Positions 25,219 through 38,451 of a DNA stretch of 64,000 bases are shown here, piece after piece. Under the pieces are notes generated by a model, which was given only the letters and a program-made list of their open reading frames with translations, did no database searches and had not been told where the DNA came from. Positions within the stretch are counted from its first letter, which is position 1. Every line of letters starts with the position of its first letter. A program made the position numbers and the translations under genes. Source of the DNA: Mobula hypostoma (lineage: Eukaryota); assembly GCF_963921235.1 (NCBI RefSeq), contig NC_086107.1:109060001-109124000 (forward strand), written 5' to 3'.

Positions 25219-25517
25219 TGATGAACATAACTTGACCTAGTCACATTCTCAGGATGTTTGCAATAAATGAATTGTTGCTGATAATGTGGATGACAGCCAA
25301 TTTGCAAGCCGCATCAACAAATCTGGCTGGTCCATATGTTATAATCCAGCACTGCTCTTCCCAAGATCACAAGACACTGCAGGGAGTTGGGAAACACAGG
25401 TCAGCACATCATGAAAACCAGCTTCTCCTCAACAAACTCCGTCGATGCTTTTGCGAGGGGAAGGGGGCTTTGGGGCTTCGATGTTTCTATCCTTCATTCT
25501 ATGGGGTTTCTTGCTTT
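25219..25517 (-). repeat. Inverted local duplication of 23737-23823 plus 24527-24753
   Basis: Reverse complement aligns to both flanks of the Penelope insertion and lacks the insertion. Confidence 0.85.
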
Positions 25518-26126
25518 TCCTTTCACACTGCACACCAATCTTCGCACCACTCAGCTGGTTTATTCCCATTATTGTATTTATTACTACATATGTTATCACC
25601 ATAACACTGTTTACTCAGTGAGATTCATGCAAGCAACGAGTTTCACTGCACCCTGGTGTATATGACAATAATCTAAACTGAAGCCGATAAAAAGCATATT
25701 AGCCTTTATTACAAGAGGATTTACGAGTAATGTAACGATATGCTACTACAGTGATATTTAATGAGCGCTTGCCTGGCATCTACTGCTCCACTTTGCTCTC
25801 TTTACAGGTTGCATTTGCAAATGAGTGGCCGTCATGAAGAATTGCCAGACTGCTCCTCAGCTGAGCAGGTCTGGCAGCATCTATCGAAATAGATGCTGCT
25901 CCTCAGATGAGGAGAGATTGAGTAGACTAGGCCAGCCTTGGTGCCAGCTCACATCAATCTACTCAGCCATCAATCTGGCCATTCCCTTCTACATAGCCCT
26001 CAACCCGAAACATCGGCGGGTTATTAATTTCCAGAGATGCTGCCTGACCCGCTGAGTTCCCCCAGCATCCTTTTGGGTGTTGTTTTAGACTAGGTCTTTG
26101 TTCTCTGGAGTTGAAAAGAACGAGTG

Positions 26127-27399
26127 TGTCATAAGTGAGCGTTGATGGCGGACCCAGACGCAAGGCACAGACACTGAAGTACTAGGAACAGGACTAGGTT
26201 TGTCAAGAAAGCGAGGGGAGAAATGACGCTGGACATCAACACAGGCCCTGGACGAGACCAGGATTCAGGGCCTGGGCTCAGACTTGGGCTGGAAGCATGG
26301 GACCCAGACGTGGAATGACGAACAAGGAGCCTGGACTAGGAACTCGGAACTCCAGAACCAGAGTCTAGGCAAGGACCCGGAACCCGGGTCTTGGTTGGGA
26401 CTCGGAACCGGAATCCGGGTCTAGGCTAGGACTCGGGACTAGGATCTTGGCAAGGACAGGACATGGCTACAGCACAGGACGAGGCACACCCGGGCCCGGC
26501 ATGGCACTCCCGGGCTGGGCGAGGCACCAGAATTGAATGAGGACACGAAGCTCAGATTTGGACAGGGCTGGAACATGGCGCCTGGACTTGGTCTTAGAAC
26601 ACAGGAACACAGAGCCTTGGACGTGGACTGGACGAGGTACTCCAGTGCAGGACATGGCTCTTGGACTAGGTTTGGCTCGGCTCTTGGACTCGGCTTGGTT
26701 AGGCTCTTGGGTATGGAGCCGGGACTCCTCCTTGGAGCACAGGGCCGGGACCCTTTCTAGGACGCAGGGCCAGGATGCTTTCTGGGACGCAGGTCCGGGA
26801 TGACTGCCGAGGATACTTGCTGAGGTAAACTGCCGAGGATTCAGATGGGGATGATCCAGCACAGGACGAGGAATCTCCAGCACCGGGCCAGGCGAGGTAC
26901 TCCTGGGCTGGGCGAGGACACGAAGCTCAGACTTGGACAGGGCTGGAACACGGTGCCAGGACTTGGTCTTGGAACATGGGAACACAGGAACACAGAACCT
27001 TGGACTTGAGCACAGGAACACAGAACACAGAGTCAGGATCCCTCCTTGGGAACAGGACATAGGGCCAGGACTCATACCCAGAACACAGACACTAAGCACG
27101 GCGACACAAAGAGACAGCTCCAAATTCAACAATAGATAGTTCCTTATCTTGGCGTGGCAAGTCTCCGGTCTCACTCCAGCGGTTGAACATGACGAGGTTT
27201 CAGGTGAAGGAAGGGGAAGGGAACAGTCCAGCAGGAAATCCTTGGTTTGAGAGGTATTTATGTGCCAGCCCAAAACGAGAATCAGGTGCCTCAATTAAGG
27301 CACCCACCAGAATAAGGGAGAAAACAGGAAAACCCAAAACAAAGATCAATGGACCGGACCATGAACCGGAATGCGGACTTCACACACCGGACCATGACA
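26127..27399. mobile_element. Solo LTR (Gypsy-like) inserted in a CR1 fragment
   Basis: Termini TGTCAT...ATGACA; 5-bp TSD GAGTG (26122-26126, 27400-27404); internal degenerate tandem repeats. Flanks rejoin as CR1-like sequence (GLFSLE..R..L.EVYK, degenerate). Confidence 0.85.
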
Positions 27400-27772
27400 G
27401 AGTGAATCTCACTGAAGTATATAAAACTCTTATAGGACTCAATAGAGTGATTGTAGGATGGAGGTTTTCTCAGGTTTAGGAGTCTAAAAATGACAGTCAC
27501 GGTCTCAAAGGGAGTGGTTGGCCACTGAAGACTGGAATGAGGATACATTTCTCAATGGGTGACAAACCTTCGATATTCTCTACTCCAGAGAGCTACAAAT
27601 CATTGACTATATTCAAACCAGAGAGATACTTCTGGATGTCAGAGTAATCAATCTATCCATTCCCTCCTACACAACCCATAACCTTCCATTTTTCATATTT
27701 CCATCGCCTCTTAAATGTCCGTTTTGGATCAGCCTCTACCAAAGTTCAGAGTACAATTATGATCAAATGTTA

Positions 27773-30585
27773 TAGAAACATAGAAAATAGGTGCAGGAGT
27801 AGGCCATTCGGCCCTTCGAGCCTGCACCGCCATTTATTATGATCATGGCTGATCATCCAACTCAGAACCCCGCCCCAGCCTTCCCTCCATACCCCCGACC
27901 CCTGTAGCCACAAGGGCCATATCTAAATCCCTCTTAAACATAGCCAATGAACTGGCCTCAACAGTTTGCTGTGGCAGAGAATTCCACAGATTCACCACTC
28001 TCTGTGTGAAGAAGTTTTTCCTAATCTCAGTCCTAAAAGGCTTCCCCTCTATCCTCAAACTGTGACCCCTCGTTCTGGACTTCCCCAATATCGGGAACAA
28101 TCTTCCTGCATCTAGCCTGTCCAATCCCTTTAGGATCTTATACGTTTCAATCAGATCCCCCCTCAATCTTCTAAATTCCAACGAGTACAAGCCCAGTTCA
28201 TCCAGTCTTTCTTCATATGAAAGTCCTGCCATCCCAGGAATCAATCTGGTGAACCTTCTTTGTACTCCCTCTATGGCAAAGATGTCTTTCCTCAGATTAG
28301 GGGACCAAAACTGCACACAATACTCCAGGTGTGGTCTCACCAAGGCCTTGTACAACTGCAGTAGTACCTCCCTGCTCCTGTACTCGAATCCTCTCGCTAT
28401 AAATGCCAGCATACCATTCACCTTTTTCACCGCCTGCTGTACCTGCATGCCCACTTTAAATGACTGGTGTATAATGACACCCAGGTCTCGTTGCACCTCC
28501 CCTTTTCCTAATCGGCCACCATTCAGATAATAATCTGTTTTCCTATTTTTGCCACCAAAGTGGATAACTTCACATTTATCCACATTAAATTGCATCTGCC
28601 ATGAGTTTGCTCACTCACCCAACCTATCCAAGTCACCCTGCATCCTCTTAGCATCCTCCTCACTGCTAACACTGCCACCCAGCTTCGTGTCATCCGCAAA
28701 CTTGGAGATGCTGCATTTAATTCCCTCATCCAAGTCATTAATATATATTGTAAACAACTGGGGTCCCAGCACTGAGCCTTGCGGTACCCCACTAGTCACC
28801 GCCTGCCATTCTGAAAAGGTCCCGTTTATTCCCACTCTTTGCTTCCTGTCTGCTAACCAATTCTCCACCCACACCAATACCTTACCCCCAATACCGTTTG
28901 CTTTAAGTTTCCACACTAATCTCCTGTGTGGGACCTTGTCAAAAGCCTTTTGAAAATCCAAATATACCACATCCACTGGTTCTCCCCTATCCACTCTACT
29001 AGTTACATTCTCAAAAAATTCTATGAGATTCGTCAGACATGATTTTCCTTTCACAAATCCATGCTGACTTTGTCCGATGATTTCACCGCTTTCCAAATGT
29101 GCTGTTATCACATCCTTGATAACTGACTCCAGCAGTTTCCCCACCACCGACGTTAGGCTAACCGGTCTATAATTCCCCGGTTTCTCTCTCCCTCCTTTTT
29201 TAAAAAGTGGGGTTACATTAGCCACCCTCCAATCCTCAGGAACTAGTCCAGAATCTAACGAGTTTTGAAAAATTATCACTAATGCATCCACTATTTCTTG
29301 GGCTACTTCCTTAAGCACTCTAGGATGCAGACCATCTGGCCCTGGGGATTTATCTGCCTTCAATCCCTTCAATTTACCTAACACCACTTCCCTACTAACA
29401 TGTATTTCACTCAGTTCCTCCATCTCACTGGACCCTCTGTCCCTTACTATTTCAGGAAGATTATTTATGTCCTCCTTAGTGAAGACAGAACCAAAGTAAT
29501 TATTCAATTAGTCTGCCATGTCCTTGCTCCCCATAATCAATTCACCTGTTTCTGTCTGCAGGGGACCTATATTTGTCTTTACCAGGCTTTTCCTTTTTAC
29601 ATATCTATAAAAGCTTTTACAGTCCGTTTTTATGTTCCCCGCCAGTTTTCTCTCATAATCTTTTTTCCCCTTCCTAATTAAGCCCTTTGTCCTCCTCTGC
29701 TGAACTCTGAATTTCTCCCAGTCCTCAGGTGAGCCACTTTCTCTGGCTAATTTGTATGCTACTTCTTTGGAATTGATACTATCCCTAATTTCTCTTGTCA
29801 GCCACGGGTGCACTACCTTCCTTGATTTATTCTTTTGCCAAACTGGGATGAACAATTGTTGTAGTTCATCCATGCAACCTTTAAATGCTTGCCATTGCAT
29901 ATCCACCGTCAATCCTTTAAGTGTCATTTGCCAGTCTATCTTAGCTAATTCACGTCTCATACCTTCAAAGTTACCCCTCTTTAAGTTCAGAACCTTTGTT
30001 TCTGAATTAACTATGTCACTCTCCTTCTTAATGAAGAATTCCACCATATTATGGTCACTCTTACCCAAGGGGCCTCTCACGACAAGATTGCTAATTAACC
30101 CTTCCTCATTGCTCAAAACCCAGTCCAGAATAGCCTGCTCTCTAGTTGGTTCCTCGACATGTTGGTTCAAAAAACCATCCCGCATACATTCCAAGAAATC
30201 CTCTTCCTCAGCACCTTTACCAATTTGGTTCACCCAGTCTACATGTAGATTGAAGTCACCCATTATAACTGCTGTTCCTTTATTGCACACATTTCTAATT
30301 TCCTGTTTAATACCATCTCCGACCTCACTACTACTGTTAGGTGGCCTGTACACAACTCCCACCAGCGTCTTCTGCCCCTTAGTGTTACGCAGCTCCACCC
30401 ATATCGATTCCACATCTTCCCGGCTTATGTCCTTCCTTTCTATTGCGTTAATCTCTCCTTTAACCAGCAACGCCTCCCCACCTCCCCTTCCTTCATGTCT
30501 ATCCCTCCTGAATATTGAATATCCCTGAACGTTGAGCTCCCATTCCTGGTCACCCTGGAGCCATGTCTCTGTGATCCCAACTATA
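27773..30585 (-). mobile_element. CR1-clade LINE ORF2 (APE endonuclease plus RT), 5'-truncated, with two in-frame stops
   Basis: GVVYRPP, IMGDFN and LGKSDH (APE); [37 protein letters not shown] and FADDTK (RT). ORFs 29508-30470, 28611-29507 and 27843-28595 share one frame. Same tail as 576-1770. Confidence 0.97.
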
Positions 30586-31599
30586 TCATAATCATAATCA
30601 TATATATGTTATACAACCTTGAGATTTGTCTACTTACAGGCAGCCACAAAGCAAGGAAACCCCAGAAGAATCCACTGAAAAAGTAAGACTGGCAACACCA
30701 AATCTGCAGAGAGAGAGAGAAACAAAATGTGCGAACAATAAAAATAAGCAAATAGCATTTGGAGTGGAAGTGCAACCTTGGGCATGGAGCCCAGAGCAGG
30801 CCACAGCCTTAGCCTCAGTTCAGTGCAGAGCCAACGGCAACAGGGAGCAACCAGCAGAACCGACCCCCAGAAGTGCATTCCAGGCACCCACCACCCCACG
30901 TGTAAAAAACCTACTTCTGACATCTCCCTGAAACTTACATCCACTCACCCTAAACCAATGTCCTCTGGTACCGGTCATGGGAAAAAGGTGCTGCCTGTCC
31001 ACACTATCTATGCCTCTCGTAATCTCTATCAGTTCACCTCTCATCCTCCATCACTCCGAAGTGTAAAGCACTTCAGTAGGTTCAATAGGTACATTTTAAT
31101 GTCAGAGAAATGTATACAATATACATCCTGAAATTCTTGTTCTTCGTAAGCATCCACGAAAACAGAGGAGTGCCCAAAAGAATGAATGACAGTTAAATGT
31201 TAGATTCCCCAAAGCCCCCCTCAGCTCCCCCACCCCCATCCCGCGCGTAAGCAGCAGCAAAGAGACGATCCTTTCTAAAAGCCTATTATATGTCTTTTCC
31301 TCATGAGACATGAGAATAAACCTTTCCTCATAGGGCATATTTCTTAATTCAGGCAGCATCCTGGTAAATCTCCTCTGCACCCTTTCTAAAGCTTCCACAT
31401 CTTCCTATAATGTGACTAGACCTGAACACAATACTCAAGTGTGGTCTGAACAAAGTTTTATGCAGAGCTACAACATTAATTCTCAGCTCTTCGACATTCA
31501 AAGTATTATCAAAAGTATGTATACATTATGCAACCTTGAGACTTGCCTCCTAATAGTCAGCCACAAAACAAGAAAGCAAAAAGAGCCCATTAAAAAGAA

Positions 31600-31793
31600 A
31601 ACACGAGGAAATCTGCAGATGCTGGAAATTCAAGCCACACACAAAGTTGCTGGTGAACGCAGCAGGCCAGGCAGCATCTCTAGGAAGAGATACAGTCGAT
31701 GTGACAAAGGGTCTCGGCCTGAAACGTCGACTGTGCCTCTTCCTAGAGATGCTGCCTGGCCTGCTGCGTTCACCAGCAACTTTGATGTGTGTG
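31600..31793. mobile_element. Miniature fold-back Penelope pLTR insertion
   Basis: ~65-bp near-perfect inverted arms enclose a degenerate hammerhead core. Perfect 13-bp TSD CCATTAAAAAGAA (31587-31599, 31794-31806). Confidence 0.88.
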
Positions 31794-31835
31794 CCATTAA
31801 AAAGAAGACTGTCAAACAATAAACGCAAGCAAATG

Positions 31836-32490
31836 ACACTGTAGAGGGAGCTTTACTCTCTATCTAACCCATACCGTCCCCGCCCTGGGACCGTTTGATG
31901 GGATATTGTAGAGGGCTTGACTCTGTATCTAACCCACACTGTCTCTGCCCTGGGACCGTTTGATGGGATATTGTGGAGAGGGCTTGACTCTGTATCTAAC
32001 CCACACCGTCTCTGCCCTGGGACCGTTTGATGGGATATTGTGGAGAGGGCTTGACTCTGTATCTAACCCACACCGCCTCTGCCCTGGGACCGTTTGATGG
32101 GATATTGTGGAGAGAGCTTGACTCTGTATCTAACCCACACCATCTCTGCCCTGGGACCGTTTGATGGGATATTGTGGAGAGGGCTTGACTCTGTATCTAA
32201 CCCACACCGTCTCTGCCCTGGGACCGTTTGATGGGATATTGTGGAGAGGGCTTGACTCTGTATCTAACCCACACCGTCTCTGCCCTGGGACCGTTTGATG
32301 GGATATTGTGGAGAGAGCTTGACTCTGTATCTAACCCACACCGTCTCTGCCCTGGGACCATTTGATGGGATATTGTGGAGAGAGCTCGACTCTGTATCTA
32401 ACCCACACTGTCTCTGCCCTGGGACCATTTGATGGGATATTGTGGAGAGAGCTCGACTCTGTATCTAACCCATGCTACTCTTACCCTGAG
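31836..32490 (+). repeat. 67-bp minisatellite, ~9.5 copies
   Basis: CTCTGTATCTAACCC anchor at 31921, 31988, 32055 ... 32457 (period 67); the first unit is 65 bp. Confidence 0.95.
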
Positions 32491-35400
32491 AGTGACTGAA
32501 GGAACAGTGTCGTTGAGGAAGATTTATAGTTTGTGCTGTTGTGGGACTGAGAAGGTTTAATATTAGTTTTTGGATCATTGAATGAAATAGTTGGATTCCA
32601 CCACGTCTTATCAGAAGAAAATAATAATCAAGAAACGCACTAAACCAAGACTTTTCTTTTGAGTGCACAGCGGGGCAGAACAGTATTATTTTCCAGTCAC
32701 TAGCAGTGGCTTTTCACCTCACAAAATGAGCTCAGGTGATTTTAATAAGTAGTTTCATCATGATTTCTTTTTGTAACCTTGTGCACTCAACCTTGCTGTA
32801 TAGGTTTCAGCCGCAGAGACTCTAATCTTCCCATTACCACAGAACAAACAGCACTAAGAGATAATTAATATGATGGTATAACCTTGTTGCACTCCCTGGT
32901 CGCTTCAAGTTGGATGGTACAGTCAGTCTCTCCATCACAACCTTGTCGGGGGGGGGGGGGATATTCCATCAAGACTTCAGCACAGTCACTCCCCCCCACC
33001 AATGGTCTGACTGCTCCTTTCTACTGTTGATACTGTGCTCCACTCCGCTCAAAGTTCAATGGTTCCATTTACTAGACAGTATACAACCTGAACTTCTTAC
33101 TCTGCACAGACATCCACATAACAGAAGAAAGATCCCAAAGAGTGAATGACAAAAACATTAGAACCCCCAAAGCTCCCCTACCCCTCCCACACACAAGCAG
33201 CAGAGAAAGCACTAACCTTCCCCCTACCTGCCTGAGCAAAATCATCAGCCCCCCCCGACTCTGCACCATGCAAACAACAGCAAAACCCCCAAAGAGACCA
33301 TGAGCTAGAATCCATCAAAAAAACACCATTCACCCCAACACCCTCAACACCCCACAGGCTCCTTCCCTCTCCCACTAATGAGGGAGAGAGAGATATCGCT
33401 TCTGCCACAGCGAGAAGGGGGAGGCCAACGACTCGCTGCTTCGATGTTACGGTCTGCAGCGCCGCCCATTTCGACAGCAGCGTGCGCTGCTCCCTCGAGG
33501 TTCCAGTCTCCCGCCATGCCTCGGCCGGCGACACCCCGGTGGGGAATCAGGTCGCCCACGGGGGCTGCACCCGCAAGGCACACGTCTTTCAGTCCGCTCC
33601 GGGAGATATTGAAATCACTAGGCCGCTGGGCGAGCCTGGGAGCGGGAACACGCCGCCTTGTAGAGCCGCAGTTTGAGTGCAGCTGTCGATCACCGACTCC
33701 AACAGGAACCCCAGCCACCTTGAGAAGGAGAGAAGGTATTAAAGAGAAGAAATTAAACTTTATGCGGATGAACTGGAAGAAGTCGCCCTCTGGTGCCAAC
33801 TTCAGCTCCTCCTCCAGTCCTCCTCCAATGTTCAAAGTAAATTTATTATCAAAATACCAGACACTAGCTTGAGATTCATTTTCTTGCAGGCATTTACAGG
33901 AAGAAAGAAATACCATAAGACATAGGGGTCATTCAGTCCATTGAGATTGCTCTGCCATTCCATCAGAGCTGATTTATTATCCCTTTGTTACGGGCTGGGT
34001 CGATCAGACCCAAAAGGTGTGAACAATTCAAGTGACCAGGAAATATTGCAATAAGCTTACAAGCAAAACAAAGTAACTTAAATGTAATTTATTATCGTAA
34101 GTAAGAAAGCACAAATAGACCACACAATCTACTACGTGTTAGGTTACAACGACTTCTGGGCTCCCGGTTCGTAGTCTCCAGTTGATTGCCACTGCTGTCG
34201 GGGGGGGTCCGAGGTATTATGGTAACCGTTCGGCTCAAGGCTACAGGAAACCGCGGAAAGTCGTGGACGTAGGTCAGCCCCTGGACAATGCCTCACAGCA
34301 CAGGCTGCCCAGGTTCAATTCCCGCCGCTCTCTGTAAGGAGTTTGTATGTTTCCCCGCACCCCCCATGTCTGCATGGGTTGCCTCTGGGGGTGCTCCAGT
34401 TTCCTCCCACAAGCCAAAGACATTCCGGTTCTTAGGTTAATTGATCATTGTAAATTATCCTGTGATTAGGCTAGGGTTAAATCATTGGGTATTTAGGTGG
34501 TGTGGTTCGAAACGCCAGAAGCGCCTATTACATGCTGTACCTGAATAAACAAAAATCATAGAAAACAACCCCCCCCCCCTCCAAGAACTCTACCTGCACT
34601 TCTTGCTGCCTCAGGGAAACAGCTAACATAATCAGACTTCTCCAAACCTGGACAGTCTCTCTTCTCCCAGGTAGAAGGTACAAAACACCGAAAGACTGTG
34701 CCACAGATTCAAGGACAGTTTCTATCCCACTGCTATAATTGAATTAAATTGGCTTTACTACTTACATCCTCAATATACATGAGGAGTAAAAATCTTTGTT
34801 ACGTCTCCGTCTAAATGTGCAATGTGCAATTTGTAGTAATTTAAAACAAATAGAATGTACAACAGGATAGTCAATATAACATAGAAATACAATTGTGTCA
34901 GCTTGAGTTAATCAGTCTGATGGCCTGGCCTGGTGGACCTCTGAATGGACCTCTTGGATAATAAGATGGGCTCTCAACTTTATAGGCCACCTTGTCATGT
35001 TCTTGCACCCATATTGTCTGCCTGCACTGCACTTTCTCTGCAACTGTAACACTTTATTCTGCATTCCCTTGAACCACCTCAATGTACTGATGTGATGGAA
35101 TGATCTACATGGATGGCACACAAAACAAAATTTTTCACTTTACCTGAGTACTCTTGATAACAAAAAAAAATGCAGTTTGCCGATTAGTCAGTAATCCCAG
35201 CTTCTAACCAGTCTAACCTATGAGCCTAAATCACCTATCCCTGGAGCCATTCCAGAAAATCTCCTCTGCATTTGCTTAGCAACCTTCAAATCCTTTCTGA
35301 AGTGTGGTAACCAGAATTCAATACTATACTCTTGTTTGGTTAGATGAAGTTTCTATAAGAGTTCAGCCTAATTTCCAAGCCTCTATCCACATTCTGGACC

Positions 35401-35494
35401 CCCTTGCCCCCACCTCAACCCACAATCACCCACATTCATAACTAACCTTTACAGTCAGTTATAACCACTTAGATCTGTTTTCTTTAGAAAAGTG

Positions 35495-35805
35495 TAGGAG
35501 AGGATGTTTCCTATAGTGGGGCAGTCTAGGACCAGAGGGCACAGCCTCAGAATAGAAGGATGTCCCTTTAGAACAGAGATGAGGAGTAATTTCTTAAGCC
35601 AGAGGGTGATGAATCTGTGGAATTCACTGTCACAGATGTCAGTGGCCGCGAAGTCATTGGGTATATTTAAAGCGGAGGTTGATAAGTTCTCAATTAGTAA
35701 GAGTAGGGAGAAGGCTGGAGAATGGAGTGGAGAGGGATAATAAATCAGCCACGTTGGAATGGTAGAGCAATCTCGATGGGGCAAATGGACTAATTCTGCT
35801 CCTAT
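35495..35805 (+). mobile_element. CR1 3' fragment
   Basis: MFPIVGQSRTRGHSLRIEG.PFRTEMRSNFLSQRVMNLWNSL. Confidence 0.85.
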
Positions 35806-36849
35806 CAAAGTACATTGATTATCAATGTATGGATGCAGAAAACAACTCTGAGATTTGTCTTCCCCACAGAGATCCACGAAACAAAGAAAACCACGGAATT
35901 CGTTCAAAGAAAGACATCTAACCGGCACCCCCAATGTGCAAAAAAAAACAAATCATGTAAGTGGCAGAAAAAAAAGTGAAAAACACAGAATATAAAGCAC
36001 AAAATTGAAAGAGACTTTCAGCTCAGCTCAGATCACTCTAGTCCTGTGTTGTTTGTTATCTCACGCCGCCTCGTTACAAATTGCACGGAACAGCAACCAA
36101 AAAAAAGGAGTGACCAGAAACCAGAAACACATCGTAACGTGAACTACAGAGTCCAATCCAGAAACTGCCTGAGTAAACCCTGCCCAAGACCCAGAACTCC
36201 GGCAGCATCAAGTGAGAGGCTGGTAGACGGCGTTGAGAACTCGCTCAGTTTCCACACTCGCTTCTATAATTCCAGTCTTCCTTGACACTTCAATTGGCGA
36301 GCAATGGAGCCAACCATGGGTTCACACCCTGTCTTCAGTCTCCTTGGCCTCGAGGCTGTATGCTTCACTCGAAACCTCACCCAACCCCCTCAAAGACAGC
36401 AAAGCCTACGCCTTATGGTTTAAAGTTTCACACTGAAACTAGTTTTCCATTAAACCTGTCAACCCACAGAGTTTTCCCCCAAGGTATGAAAGGTAAGAAA
36501 AATTAAATTAAACCCCAAGCAGCATGAAATGTATTTGTAGCAAGGAGATTTGATAAACAATTTTTCGATTAGTCTCAAGCGCTCCCTTAGGAAATCTATC
36601 TCGGCAAGATCGCTAGACTTTTATAATTTAAATTATATTAACCACTTGCGTCCAAAGATACATAATGCATATTAATATTGTATTTTTTTAATGATCACAC
36701 GATGTTACAATAGACTTCAAGTGCCTCTTGTTGGTCATGTTAGAAATCCTGGCAAGGTTAGGCAGAGTCAAGGACAGGAAAGTCAGCTGTGAGTTAATTT
36801 TGATGTGATGAATTTTCTTTGTGCTTCATTCCAGAGTTAGACCACACTT

Positions 36850-38450
36850 AGGGGCCACTTTATTGGGAACACCTGTACACCTGCTCGTTAATGTAAATAT
36901 CTAATCAGCCAATCATCAAAAGTTTCAAAGGACATTTATTATCAAAGTATGTCTAAATTATACAACCTTGAGCTTTGTTTGCTTACAGGCAGCTACAAAG
37001 CAAGGAACCTGAAATAACCCAATTAAGGAAAAATAATATGAAGACCAACACCTGGTACGCAGAGAAAGGAAAAGAATCACAAATCGTACAAACAATAGAA
37101 ACGAGCAACAACATTCCGAACCAAATTGTGTCTTCAGATCCGAATCCTGGGGCAGCCCAGAGTAGGCCCAAAGCCTCAGTGTCAGTTCATTGTATTAGCA
37201 GGCACAGAGCACAGCAGCTGGGACAGTCTTCACCGCCTCCGTGCCATGGAGAGAGGCGTGAACATTGCGGGAGAGCGAGAGAAATCAGCTCTGGCCTCTG
37301 ATCCCGATACCCTGTCTTTCCAATATATCACTTAAATTGTCCAAACAGTGTATTGTACCTCACACTAGGACCTGGGCACTGTTGTAGCAAAAGGCTCCAG
37401 GTCTAGAAGACGCCTCCCAGCAACTTCCTCATGTGGTGCCAACCCAATACATAAAAGCATGCAAACATGGTCAAGAGGTTCAGCTGTTGTTCAGACCAAA
37501 CATCAGAATGGCGATGAAATGTGATCTAAGTGACGTCGACCATGGAATAATTGTTGGTGCCAGACAGGGTGGTTTGAGTATCTCAGAAACTGCTGATCCC
37601 CTGGGATTTTCACACACAACCATCTTTATAGTTTACAGAGAGTGGTGAGAAAAACAAAAAATAAAAGTTCTGTGGATGAGAATGACTTGTTAATGAGAGA
37701 GGTCAGAGGAGAATGGCCAGACTGGTTCAAGCTGACAGGAAGGCGACAGTGACTCAAATAACCACGCTTTGCAACAGTGGTGTGCAGAAGATCATCTCTA
37801 CACACCGGACATCCCACCTCTCCCGGAAGTTCCGGGAGTCTCCCGCGTATTGATAGCGGCTTCCTGATGCCCGCAAGTTATATATAATATCCTGGAAATC
37901 GATTTTTTTGAGAGCGAGCAAGAGAGAGAGAGAGAGAGAGCGCGCGCCATGGCGGAGTGTTCCAAAAATAGAAAATATAAAACGTACGTCACCCCAGACT
38001 ACACTAAAGTGTACCCCTGCCTAATAGGGGTCAAAAATAATGATGGTGTTGCTCGCTGCACTGTTTGCAACAGTGAATTTTCTATCGCCCATGGTGGGTT
38101 AAGACTGTAAAAGACATGTTGAGGTGAGTTTAACAGGTGTCATTCGTTCATTAGCATAGCTAACATTATTTAAACTAGCTGGCTAGCTGCTCAGGAGCTA
38201 CTCTATTGCAGACATCCCACCTCTCCCGGAAGTTCCGGGAGTCCCCCGCAAATTGATGGTGCTACCTCCCTGAAATGAGTTTTTGCAGGGTGGGATGTCT
38301 GAAACATACAGCACGTCAAACCTTGAAGTGAATAGGCTACAGCAGCAGAAGACCATGAACATACACTCAGTGGCCATTTTATTAGTATCAGACCACAAGA
38401 CCTTACAGAGTATTAGGTACAGAAGGTAACTAATAAAGTGGCCACTGAGT
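36850..38450 (+). mobile_element. Tc1 non-autonomous element fragmented by nested insertions
   Basis: TIR-like ends at ~36853 and ~38447; HTH remnant at 37508-37648. Interrupted at ~36918-37430 (retroposon) and 37806-38301 (hAT). Confidence 0.75.
37806..38301 (+). mobile_element. hAT-like non-autonomous DNA transposon, copy 1
   Basis: TIR C(G)GACATCCCACC / GGTGGGATGTCTG. Internal ATG at 37949 encodes ..ARCTVCNSEFSIAHGG (zinc-finger-like transposase N-terminus). Near-identical to 45424-45936. Confidence 0.85.
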
Positions 38451-38451
38451 G

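Noticed and set aside
29752..30528. 258-aa plus-strand ORF (also 590-994 and 28549-28953)
   Set aside because: Antisense shadow frames of CR1 ORF2.
31836..32490. CRISPR-like 67-bp periodicity
   Set aside because: The whole unit repeats; there are no variable spacers.
33344..33916. 190-aa and 164-aa overlapping ORFs
   Set aside because: GC-rich 5' part of a non-autonomous retroposon; related sequence at ~41000-41560 and 45040-46230; no recognisable domain.
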